A stretch of 25,860 nucleotides of DNA from a virus (lineage: Duplodnaviria; Caudoviricetes): IMG/VR virus record IMGVR_UViG_3300020234_000034, positions 1-25,860 of that record; one strand, given 5' to 3'. Shown here one piece after another: positions 15,677 to 23,504 of the stretch. A program made the translations under genes and the position numbers. The notes under the pieces are model-generated. The model had not been told where the DNA came from, did no database searches, and saw only the letters and a list, made by a program, of their open reading frames with translations. Position 1 is the stretch's first letter; the number at the start of each line of letters is the position of its first letter.

Positions 15677-16440
15677 TGGTAGCCTCCCTCTGTGTTTTTA
15701 ATATAACTCTTGACTCTGATTAACATATCGAAATCTGCTTTGTATTTATCAGTAGAGCCATTCAGGAAAGGTACGCCAGCACAGTATTTAAAATAATTAT
15801 TCCAATGCTCGATATCTAATTTTTTAGAATGCTCAATTAGTTTTTTAATAGCTCGTTTTCTATCGGGTGTAATATTCTCAAGTTTAATAATTCCTCTACC
15901 TTCAACATAGTTAGCAAAGTTATTATTATAAGATTCGACAATTTGCGGGTAGGGTATCTTTTCCTTTGGTTCTTGGTTCTTGGTTATTGGTTCTTGGTTC
16001 TTGGTTATTGGTTCTTGGTTCTTGGTTATTGGTTCTTGGTTGTGAACACCTGAACTACATTTGTTCAACACCTGTTCAACACCTGTTGAATTGCTAGAAC
16101 CCTTTTGTTTATTGGCTTTGCGGGCCTTAGCACTTGCCTTGCCTGCTTTACTCTTGTTATGTATTGAATTTTGATATGTATCAATAGTGTTTTGGCAACG
16201 GTTGTTAATGTAACCTTCTTCAGTCTCAGTAAAGAACTCTTGCAACACCTGTTCAACGGCTGTTATCTCTTCTAATGATATGGCTAATATCTTTCGGCAA
16301 AGCAATACAATATCCAGACTTAAAGGCTGTTCTGTGTCATAATAATGCTCTATTAAATCGCGGTATATACTACGTTCTATGCGGTTTAAATGTCTGGTAG
16401 CGTGGTTAAAATCGCCTATATGATGAGGGTAATAATTCAT
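15673..16440 (-). CDS. Replication initiator, YdaU/DUF1376 family (lambda O position)
   Basis: MNYYPHHIGDF..ATRHL...E...YRDLIEHYYDTEQPL; internal iterons; directly upstream of dnaB. Confidence 0.9.
   Translation of the reverse strand: MNYYPHHIGDFNHATRHLNRIERSIYRDLIEHYYDTEQPLSLDIVLLCRKILAISLEEITAVEQVLQEFFTETEEGYINNRCQNTIDTYQNSIHNKSKAGKASAKARKANKQKGSSNSTGVEQVLNKCSSGVHNQEPITKNQEPITKNQEPITKNQEPKEKIPYPQIVESYNNNFANYVEGRGIIKLENITPDRKRAIKKLIEHSKKLDIEHWNNYFKYCAGVPFLNGSTDKYKADFDMLIRVKSYIKNTEGGYQ
15966..16090. repeat. Probable replication origin: 11 heptamers TTGGTT(C/A/G) plus TGTTCAACACC iterons
   Basis: Heptamers at 15966-16042 (21-bp super-period, QEPITKN x3). TGTTCAACACC at 16062-16072 and 16073-16083, inverted TTCAACA/TGTTGAA at 16075-16090, and a further CAACACCTGTTCAAC at 16243-16257. 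Confidence 0.75.
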
Positions 16441-16475
16441 TACTACTAATCCTGTTTTTTCATTCCTCTAGCATT

Positions 16476-16554
16476 AAAAAAATAGGGGGATTATAAATTA
16501 GGCAAGGAATCGAAAACCTAATTTACCAATCGGAGCTTAACCCGAAGCCCCCAT
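16476..16554 (-). ncRNA. Candidate structured RNA (two hairpins within a closing stem, followed by U7) in the initiator leader
   Basis: Outer AUGGGGG/CCCCC(U)AU stem, UCGG/CCGA hairpin and a 9-bp UAAAUUAGG/CCUAAUUUA hairpin. Begins at the predicted +1 of the upstream promoter. Confidence 0.6.
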
Positions 16555-16561
16555 GACATAA

Positions 16562-16589
16562 ATTATACTTAACAAGCTATGTTATGCAA
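16562..16589 (-). promoter_or_regulatory. Sigma70 promoter for the structured leader and replication genes
   Basis: Minus strand TTGCAT-N16-TATAAT. Confidence 0.65.
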
Positions 16590-16600
16590 TAGGTTTATAA

Positions 16601-16840
16601 CTACCATCTCATCATTATTAAATCATTAGTACGTTCTATATTTGATTTATCTTTTTTACTAATAGAAATGCTTCTTGTTGCGTATGGCTTTCTCTCTCTA
16701 ATATCAATATTATACCTTTTGCAAATATGCCTAAAATTGTCATTTGTAGTGCCAAGACTAGATGCTGCTTCACTTCTTGTCATGGTTTTGGCGGCATTAA
16801 TTACCTCGTCTATTCTATCTTTCCAGTTTTCTTTTTTCAT
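16601..16840 (-). CDS. Small HTH DNA-binding protein
   Basis: MTRSEAASSLGTTNDNFRHICKRYNI fits a helix-turn-helix; AGGGG RBS. Confidence 0.7.
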   Translation of the reverse strand: MKKENWKDRIDEVINAAKTMTRSEAASSLGTTNDNFRHICKRYNIDIRERKPYATRSISISKKDKSNIERTNDLIMMRW

Positions 16841-16848
16841 AATTCCCC

Positions 16849-19050
16849 CTAAAATAATGTTAATTCATTTGACTCTATAACAGCGTCTTCATGGTTTTTA
16901 GCATTCAAGTTAAAATAGCTTTCTTTTAATTCTATGCTTATAGATTTTCGACCATTTTTAATAGCACAAAAACCCTCACTACCTATACCGCCAAAAGGGC
17001 TTAAAACAGTATCACCCTCATTAGAATATAAATGTAAAATCCTTTCTATCGTATCAAGCTGTAAAGGACATATATGCTTCTCATCATTCCCATCGCGGCC
17101 TGATCTATATTGAAGTGTTCTTGAATAATCAATATCATACCAAACTGGGCTAGCGTATTTTTGCCATAAATCAACTGGCAGATAATCTCTTTCTTCTGGA
17201 TTGGTATCCTGGTGGGTTATTGGGTTTTCGTTTCCATCACCATTCCTAAAAAACAATATATAATCAGGAATACCAACACGACTCATAACAGAGTCTTTTT
17301 TTATTGTTTTATGCAAAAGACCTAAGCTTTTAGTCCTTTGCATTTCTGTAACTGGATTTTTCCATATCGTTGTTCTAGCATGATATATAAAACCTTCTTT
17401 AATAAACCAGTCAACTAACATGCCGCTAAAATCTCTTAAGCCAATAAATCCTTCTTTACCCTTCTGAATAGGAAGGTCCATACAATGAATAGCGCATATT
17501 CGACCGGGTTTTATAACTCTTTTTAATTCTGGTATTAAATATTTAAAATGATCTTCGAATTGTTTGTAATTAGATACATTACCCATGTCCTCAGCTTTAT
17601 CAGAATAAACATATAATTCAGCAAAAGGTGGGCTAAAAACTGATAGATCAACACTATTATCAGGTAATTTTGCAACCTCTTTAACACAATCCCCATTTAT
17701 TAAATGATAATTTTCTTTTTTTATTTCTTTAGTTTTAACTTCCATTGGTTTGCTCACTTTATAATTTTTATCTGCGCTGTATTTAGTCATTTCTTTAATC
17801 ATAGAAAAATGTTTTTCTTGTTTATCTAAAATGCTCTGCCTTACGTTTATCTGTGATTCAGGAATTAATAAATGAACTTTAACTTTCTCTGTTTGCCCGA
17901 ATCTATAACACCTTCTTACTGCTTGATAGAAAGCTTCAAATTTAAAATCATAAGAACAAAAAACCATGTTAAAACAATTTTGATAATTCATGCCAAAGCT
18001 TGCTATGCTCGGCTTAGTTACTAAAACTCTAAATTCATTATTAGCAAAACCCACAAGCTTATCAGCTTTATATTCAGGTTTATCGCTACCTTGAACATTA
18101 AAACTACCCTCTATTTTTTTAGATAATTTATCAGTTTCAGCATTTTGCAACCCCCAAATTATCCATTGCTCATCATTAGAATTTACTAACTCAACAGCCT
18201 TATTAATTCTATCTGGCATTGATCGCCTTAAATCTTTATTGATATCGGTTGCGCTTACTCCAACATTCCCAAATAAATCATCCGATTCATTCTCAACAGG
18301 TATAAAATGTTCTATATATTCAATTTCAGGAAGGTTATAACCATTATCATCAAAACCTAAAGATTTAGGATTATCTAAAGCAATAGACCAATCAGATACG
18401 AATTGCCAAAAATTATCAGCGGCATGTTTTCTTAATCTCCATTTTGAAGTTTCACCACCATCATGCACAAAAAACATAGATAACATTTCCAAATAAGTCA
18501 TAGCGCCTAGAAATTCAGAATGCTGCCCTAATTCCATATGATCATTAGGTGATGGCGTAGCGGTGCAAGCTAATTTATATGGAGTATTAGAAAACGAATC
18601 AATAATAAGCCTAGACATTTTTCCATCACGCCCTTTTAGAATGCTGGATTCATCTAAAACTATTCCTGAAAAAAGGGATGGGTCGATATTTTTTAACTGT
18701 TCATAATTGGTAATATATATTCCAGAGCCTATAACATCTGTTTTTAGTTCATTTATTTCTATATCGAATTTCAATCCTTCAGATATAGTCTGTTTACAAA
18801 CAGCCAAAGGAGCTAAGATTAATACAGGCTTATTAGTTTTAATAGATACTTGATGCGCCCAGTCTAATTGCATAATAGTTTTACCTAAACCGCAATCAGC
18901 AAAAACAGCAAACTTACCCTTAGATAGTGCAATTTGAACTATATATTTTTGGAATTCAAACTCATTTATATTTAATAGTTCATTATCAATATCGAATCCA
19001 CTAGATATAAAGTCTTTCTTTTTGGTTTTTATAAAATTATCATATTCCAT
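16849..19050 (-). CDS. SF2 (SNF2-like) helicase fused to an amino (N4-C/N6-A) DNA methyltransferase
   Basis: ADCGLGKT, LDESS, TATPSPND and QAVRRCYRFGQ, followed by GDC, SPPF (motif IV) and SPFGGIGSEG (motif I), i.e. beta-class order. Confidence 0.9.
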   Translation of the reverse strand: MEYDNFIKTKKKDFISSGFDIDNELLNINEFEFQKYIVQIALSKGKFAVFADCGLGKTIMQLDWAHQVSIKTNKPVLILAPLAVCKQTISEGLKFDIEINELKTDVIGSGIYITNYEQLKNIDPSLFSGIVLDESSILKGRDGKMSRLIIDSFSNTPYKLACTATPSPNDHMELGQHSEFLGAMTYLEMLSMFFVHDGGETSKWRLRKHAADNFWQFVSDWSIALDNPKSLGFDDNGYNLPEIEYIEHFIPVENESDDLFGNVGVSATDINKDLRRSMPDRINKAVELVNSNDEQWIIWGLQNAETDKLSKKIEGSFNVQGSDKPEYKADKLVGFANNEFRVLVTKPSIASFGMNYQNCFNMVFCSYDFKFEAFYQAVRRCYRFGQTEKVKVHLLIPESQINVRQSILDKQEKHFSMIKEMTKYSADKNYKVSKPMEVKTKEIKKENYHLINGDCVKEVAKLPDNSVDLSVFSPPFAELYVYSDKAEDMGNVSNYKQFEDHFKYLIPELKRVIKPGRICAIHCMDLPIQKGKEGFIGLRDFSGMLVDWFIKEGFIYHARTTIWKNPVTEMQRTKSLGLLHKTIKKDSVMSRVGIPDYILFFRNGDGNENPITHQDTNPEERDYLPVDLWQKYASPVWYDIDYSRTLQYRSGRDGNDEKHICPLQLDTIERILHLYSNEGDTVLSPFGGIGSEGFCAIKNGRKSISIELKESYFNLNAKNHEDAVIESNELTLF

Positions 19051-19256
19051 TATTTATCACCTTTTTCATAAAGTTTAATTAACTTGAAAGCATACTCAAA
19101 GCTTCTAATCTTTAGTATATAAGTGCGGTTTATATCGTTATACCAAGACCTATTAGTTCGGCCAAATTTAGGCACAAATACTCTATCTATAAATGCTTCT
19201 TTAGACTCATTTTTACGCTTGAAATTGTTATAATATTCTTCTTGTGTGTATAGCAT
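19050..19256 (-). CDS. Hypothetical protein, first gene of the leftward operon (Cro position)
   Basis: GAGG RBS; TAATG coupling to the helicase-MTase; basic/aromatic 68 aa. Confidence 0.7.
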   Translation of the reverse strand: MLYTQEEYYNNFKRKNESKEAFIDRVFVPKFGRTNRSWYNDINRTYILKIRSFEYAFKLIKLYEKGDK

Positions 19257-19368
19257 GTTTTATCCTCAGTTGAGTTTGTACAATAACAGCATTGCAAAAT
19301 AATTCAATAATTAGTTGCAAATAATTTCAAAGACATGTTAAGATGTAATCTAACAAAGGGGAAAAACA
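19257..19368. promoter_or_regulatory. Divergent promoter region with two operator-like repeats
   Basis: TTGCAAAATAATTCAA 19292-19307 and TTGCAAATAATTTCAA 19315-19330. Rightward TTGCAA-N18-TAAGAT (TGn extension); leftward TTGAAT-N16-TATTGT (TGn extension). Confidence 0.6.
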
Positions 19369-19695
19369 ATGAAAAAATGCAGAGTATCAGAAGAAACAAA
19401 CGCTTATATAAAAGCTCAAAACTGGGAAGTAAGCGAAGAGCTAGAGTTTCAAAGCCGGGTAACTGGTTATATATTAGAGAACATCTTAACGGATGCCAGG
19501 GAATTATCTTGTCATACAGAGTTAAGCATAGATGAGGCTCAAGCAGTAGTTGATTTATATCAATCGCTGCCTATGAAAAACGGCGTTCCTATGACTTTTG
19601 GAGCGTCAAAAGTAGAGCGTAATGCCTGGAATCTTATCAAGATAACTTATGTAGAATGTGACCATATTAGAGATATAGCAGAGGGGAAACTGTAA
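19369..19695 (+). CDS. Hypothetical protein, first gene of the rightward early operon
   Basis: AAGGGG RBS; TAATG coupling to the next gene. Confidence 0.75.
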   Translation: MKKCRVSEETNAYIKAQNWEVSEELEFQSRVTGYILENILTDARELSCHTELSIDEAQAVVDLYQSLPMKNGVPMTFGASKVERNAWNLIKITYVECDHIRDIAEGKL

Positions 19696-20201
19696 TGGAA
19701 AAGACACATTATCGAAAAGTATTTAAAAGCGATCATTTAGGAGTAGCTGATTTAGAGGATTTAATAGAAACTAAATCAAACATGATTTTCACAATTCGAG
19801 AGGTTAAACAGGAAAACGGTGTAAGGGTAGCAGGAAAGAAGGGTAATTTTAACATAGCTTACTTTAATGAGAGTATTAAGCCCTTGGTTTTAAATGCTGG
19901 TAACTCAAAGGTAGTTAAAAAGCTAGCAGGGGGCTCTTCATTTATTGAAGACTGGAAAGGGTTGCTTATACAGCTCTATATTGACCCCAAAGCATCTTTT
20001 GCTGGTGAGGTAACTGGTGGAGTAAGAATTAGCCCAAACCCGCCTAAGCAGAAGATCACAATCACCCAAGAGAACCCTAAGCTATGGCAGAACGCAATAA
20101 ATGCTTATGTTAGAGATGGGAATTTTAACGCTGTATTAGAAAGGGCTGATATTACAAAGGAAAATCAAGATTTAATTATAAAGGAATGCGCTAATGTTTG
20201 A
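19695..20201 (+). CDS. Putative ssDNA-binding/annealing partner of the exonuclease (not a recognisable RecT/Erf/Sak)
   Basis: Overlaps the exonuclease gene. THYRKVF.S.HL...DL N-terminus, beta-rich core and small helical C-terminal domain. Confidence 0.5.
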   Translation: MEKTHYRKVFKSDHLGVADLEDLIETKSNMIFTIREVKQENGVRVAGKKGNFNIAYFNESIKPLVLNAGNSKVVKKLAGGSSFIEDWKGLLIQLYIDPKASFAGEVTGGVRISPNPPKQKITITQENPKLWQNAINAYVRDGNFNAVLERADITKENQDLIIKECANV

Positions 20202-20835
20202 TTTCCATGATGTTGAGCAGAACACAGATGAATGGTATCAGCTAAGAGGGGGCAAGCTAACAAGCTCAAACCTTGGAAAAATTATGGCTAACTATGGCAA
20301 AGCCTTTGGCGAACCTGCTAAAAAGTACGCTGTAGATATAGCAATTGAGCAGATAACAGGGCAAGCCATAGCTTCTAATTACACAAATGAGCATATGCAA
20401 AGAGGCCATGAACAAGAGCCAATAGCTAGAATGCTTTATGAGCAAGAAACATTTTGTGATGTTTCAAACGGTGGGTTTTTTGGCAGTGATTTTGTAGGGT
20501 GTAGCCCAGACGGACTGGTTTCTGAAGATGGAGTTGTAGAGATTAAATGTGTAATAGGCTCCGTGATGTTTTCCAATATTAAAAGAATGAATGTTGACCC
20601 TGCCTATAAGTGGCAATGTATAGGAAATGTTAAGTTCACTGGCAGAAAATGGATAGATTTTGTTAGCTATTGTGCAGACTTCCCAGAAGCTAACAGGCTG
20701 TTTATATATCGTTTAAATGCTGGTGATTTAGAGGATGAATTTAAAATGATAGATTCTCGGATAGCTGAATTTAAACTTTTAGTATGTGAGACAAAAAGCA
20801 AGATATTAGATACTAATTATATTAATCAAGGCTAG
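20194..20835 (+). CDS. YqaJ / lambda-exonuclease family recombination nuclease
   Basis: EQNTDEWYQLRGGKLTSS, MQRGHEQEPIAR, GCSPDGL, EIKC, YKWQC. Confidence 0.93.
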   Translation: MFDFHDVEQNTDEWYQLRGGKLTSSNLGKIMANYGKAFGEPAKKYAVDIAIEQITGQAIASNYTNEHMQRGHEQEPIARMLYEQETFCDVSNGGFFGSDFVGCSPDGLVSEDGVVEIKCVIGSVMFSNIKRMNVDPAYKWQCIGNVKFTGRKWIDFVSYCADFPEANRLFIYRLNAGDLEDEFKMIDSRIAEFKLLVCETKSKILDTNYINQG

Positions 20836-20882
20836 ATAAAGAAATATTAACTAAAATGAAATCAATGAATAAGGGGTAGGTT

Positions 20883-21569
20883 ATGAGTACATCAATTAGT
20901 ATAGTTGAATATGATGAGATTAGCAGTCAAATAGATACGGTTAAGGAGACAGCAAACTTTTTGCCCGATGTGTCAACGGATGAGGGGTATCAGAAATCCA
21001 AGAGGGTATCTTTAGATATTGGCAAGTTACTAACAGCCTTAGAAAAAACTAGAAAGGAGCAGAAGGCCCATTTTATTGAAGGTGGCAGACAAGTTGATAT
21101 ACAAGCTAAGTCAATAGTTGCTAAATTAGAAGAAATACAAATACCTCATAAAGAGGCTTACAAGGAGTTAGACAATCTTAAAAAGCAGCGTGAGGAAGAT
21201 AGGAAATCAAATATAAGGGATAAGACTGATATTATAAATATTATAGAAAATTTGAATAAAGATTCTGATTTTGACTTTGAGGAATTTACTACTGGCGCAA
21301 AACAGGCCGTTGAAGATGCTTTGAAAACATTAAATAAGATGCAGTCAAGAAAAGAAAAAGAAGAAAATGATGCTGAGGATGCTAAGGAACAAGCCGCTAA
21401 GGAAGCTGAGGAGGTAGCTAAAAGAGAATCTAATAAGAAGCATATTGGAAAAATAAGAAGAGAGGCTAAGGATTGCTTGATAGCTTGCGGTTTATCTGAG
21501 GAGATAGCAAAAGAGGTTGTTTTAGCTATTCACAAAGGGAACATTAAAAACGTACAAATTAAATATTAA
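20883..21569 (+). CDS. Coiled-coil phage protein of the recombination region
   Basis: PDVSTDEGY...LEKTRKEQK and C-terminal H...IRREAKDCL...GLSEE.AK.VV.AI.KG.I.NV.I.Y, as in lambdoid early coiled-coil proteins. Confidence 0.7.
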   Translation: MSTSISIVEYDEISSQIDTVKETANFLPDVSTDEGYQKSKRVSLDIGKLLTALEKTRKEQKAHFIEGGRQVDIQAKSIVAKLEEIQIPHKEAYKELDNLKKQREEDRKSNIRDKTDIINIIENLNKDSDFDFEEFTTGAKQAVEDALKTLNKMQSRKEKEENDAEDAKEQAAKEAEEVAKRESNKKHIGKIRREAKDCLIACGLSEEIAKEVVLAIHKGNIKNVQIKY

Positions 21570-21582
21570 TTAGGGGTATAAA

Positions 21583-21930
21583 ATGAAGATAATAGAGTGG
21601 CTTGGGCTAGCTCAAGAAGCTAAAGAGTTTAGTATAGTTTTGGTTTCAACTGAGAACAAAATACATAAAAACGATATTGAAACTTTATCGATAAACATAA
21701 ATTTATACACTCAGTTTGCAATAGAAGCCCATAGGATTAAATCTAAAGGCAGGCATCATTACAGTGCTAGAACGATTATAGAGTTTTTAAGGCATGAAAC
21801 TGCGATACATGACAACAATTTAGATTTTAAAATAAATAATAATATAGCTCCATTGCTTGCTAAAGTTAGCATGTTGATGTTTCCAGAGCTGAAAGGGTTA
21901 TTTCACACTAGAGATCAGAGGGCGGCATAA
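21583..21930 (+). CDS. Conserved hypothetical phage protein
   Basis: GRHHYSARTIIEFLRHET...FKINNN...P.L.GLF.TR motif; AGGGG RBS. Confidence 0.75.
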   Translation: MKIIEWLGLAQEAKEFSIVLVSTENKIHKNDIETLSININLYTQFAIEAHRIKSKGRHHYSARTIIEFLRHETAIHDNNLDFKINNNIAPLLAKVSMLMFPELKGLFHTRDQRAA

Positions 21931-21931
21931 G

Positions 21932-22381
21932 ATGAGCAATTTAAATCAGTGTAATTTTATAGGGCGATTGGGAAACGAACCTGAAACTAGGTTTACTCAA
22001 TCAGGAAAAGCAGTAACAAATATAAGTATTGCTATCAGTGAAAAGTACAAAGATAAGAACACAGGACAGCAAGTAGAAAAGACTGAATGGGTAAAAATTG
22101 CCGCCTTTGATAAGCTTGCAGAAATCATGCAAGAGTACTTAAAAAAGGGGGATTTAGTGTATATAAATGGTAAAATGAGGACTAATAAATATCTCGATAA
22201 AGACGGTAAAACCTGCTATTCAACAGAGATAATAGCTAATCAAATGCAGATGTTAGAGGGTAAAGGGGAAAGCTCAAAACCCAAAGTATCTGTCAATAAT
22301 TCTAGCGGTGTAACTGTTGGCGACAATGTAATTCAGGTAAATAATAATTTAGATGACTTTGACGACGACATCCCTTTTTGA
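21932..22381 (+). CDS. ssb: Single-stranded DNA-binding protein
   Basis: LNQCNFIGRLGNEPETRFT...KTEW...YLKKGDLVYINGKMRT; acidic tail DDFDDDIPF. Confidence 0.97.
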   Translation: MSNLNQCNFIGRLGNEPETRFTQSGKAVTNISIAISEKYKDKNTGQQVEKTEWVKIAAFDKLAEIMQEYLKKGDLVYINGKMRTNKYLDKDGKTCYSTEIIANQMQMLEGKGESSKPKVSVNNSSGVTVGDNVIQVNNNLDDFDDDIPF

Positions 22382-22481
22382 TGGCTATCATTTTAAAGAA
22401 CACATAGGCGGCCTTTCACCGTCTACCCAGTGGAGGCCCCTGCCATTGTGTAAAGTGGGGCAATTAATTTAAGAGGAAAAC

Positions 22482-22694
22482 ATGAAGCCTGAAACGAGCC
22501 CAATAAAAATGATGCCGCCTAATAGCTTAGATAGTTTTAAAAAGCTTTTGGCAATAGTTATTAAGCGGGAAGGGTCCATAAAAAAAGGTTGCAAAAAAGT
22601 GGGGATATCGCATCAAACGCGGCTTAAACTTTTGAAAGAAAACAAGCTTTCAAGCATGACAGCTAGAAAGATAATAAAAACTTACGAGGGTTAA
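22482..22694 (+). CDS. Small basic HTH-like protein
   Basis: GSIKKGCKKVGISHQTRLKL; GAGG RBS. Confidence 0.6.
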   Translation: MKPETSPIKMMPPNSLDSFKKLLAIVIKREGSIKKGCKKVGISHQTRLKLLKENKLSSMTARKIIKTYEG

Positions 22695-22695
22695 C

Positions 22696-23088
22696 ATGTA
22701 TAAATTCGGTGCAAGGTCACAACAAAAACTAAATACCTGTCACAACGACATACAGGAGGTTTTAAACGAAGCCATACAAATAATAGATTTTACAGTTTTA
22801 TGCGGTCATAGAGGCCAGAAGGAGCAAAATGACCATTTTCATGCGGGTAGGTCAAAGGTTCAATATCCAGATTCCAAGCATAATTCAATGCCTAGCATAG
22901 CTGTAGATGTAGCTCCCTATCCGATTGATTGGAATAATATAGAGAGATTTGCTCAATTAGGCGGGATTATCAAAGGAATAGCGCATAGCAAAGGTATTAA
23001 AATACGATGTGGATTTGATTGGGATGGTGACGGAGATATCACAGATCAAAGCTTTATGGATTGGCCGCATATCGAGCTTATTAAATGA
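22696..23088 (+). CDS. Endolysin, M15 family L-Ala-D-Glu peptidase (T5/Ply500-like)
   Basis: YKFGARSQQKL..CH.D, DFTVLCGHR..EQ, SKH......AVD, C-terminal DWPHIEL zinc-ligand pattern. Confidence 0.92.
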   Translation: MYKFGARSQQKLNTCHNDIQEVLNEAIQIIDFTVLCGHRGQKEQNDHFHAGRSKVQYPDSKHNSMPSIAVDVAPYPIDWNNIERFAQLGGIIKGIAHSKGIKIRCGFDWDGDGDITDQSFMDWPHIELIK

Positions 23089-23243
23089 TGGATAAACTAG
23101 AATTTAAAGGGGTAACAGTGGAGCCTCTAAAAGAAGATTATCTTATAACAAATGAGTTTGGTGATATAGCAGTAATAACAGAAGAAGAACTAGAGCTATT
23201 ATTTGAAAAGGCTCTAAATGATTATATAACTAAGATAGTGTAA
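23085..23243 (+). CDS. 52-aa acidic hypothetical protein; not in ORF track
   Basis: MMDKLEFKGVTVEPLKEDYLITNEFGDIAVITEEELELLFEKALNDYITKIV; ATGA overlap with the endolysin stop. Confidence 0.6.
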   Translation: MMDKLEFKGVTVEPLKEDYLITNEFGDIAVITEEELELLFEKALNDYITKIV

Positions 23244-23288
23244 TAATAGATTTAATTAATACACTACCTTTTTAATTAAGGGGTATCA

Positions 23289-23504
23289 GTGAGCCTACTT
23301 AAACCAATAGACAAGGAGCTTAACCCTTGCATAAACAAGTGCTGCCCTAACCTTAAAACGTGCTTAGGGTGCGGTAGAAACGAGCTAGAGCGCCTAGAAT
23401 GGGCATCTTATAGCGATTCTAAAAAACGTAGGATAAGCAAGGCTAACAATGACCACGAAAAAAAAACAAATATTGAAACTAACATGCTCAAGATGCCAGG
23501 TTAA
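23289..23504 (+). CDS. DUF1289-like Cys-rich metal-binding protein
   Basis: NPCINKCC....CLGCGRN..E..EW..YSD..KRR pattern; AAGGGG RBS with GTG start. Confidence 0.75.
   Translation: MSLLKPIDKELNPCINKCCPNLKTCLGCGRNELERLEWASYSDSKKRRISKANNDHEKKTNIETNMLKMPG

Noticed and set aside
16476-16554. tRNA gene (T-loop-like TTCGATTCC)
   Set aside because: Only two internal hairpins, no anticodon arm and no CCA. Reported as a structured leader instead.
16065-16880. ORFs 16065-16256 (-) and 16668-16880 (+)
   Set aside because: Nested or antisense to the initiator and HTH genes with no RBS or motif support.
19335-19535. 66-aa + ORF overlapping 19369-19695
   Set aside because: Starts within the promoter and lacks an RBS; 19369 has an AAGGGG RBS and couples to the next gene.
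23236-23272. TAGTGTA/TACACTA inverted repeat followed by a T-run as a terminator
   Set aside because: AT-rich stem with a 17-nt loop; too weak to call with confidence.
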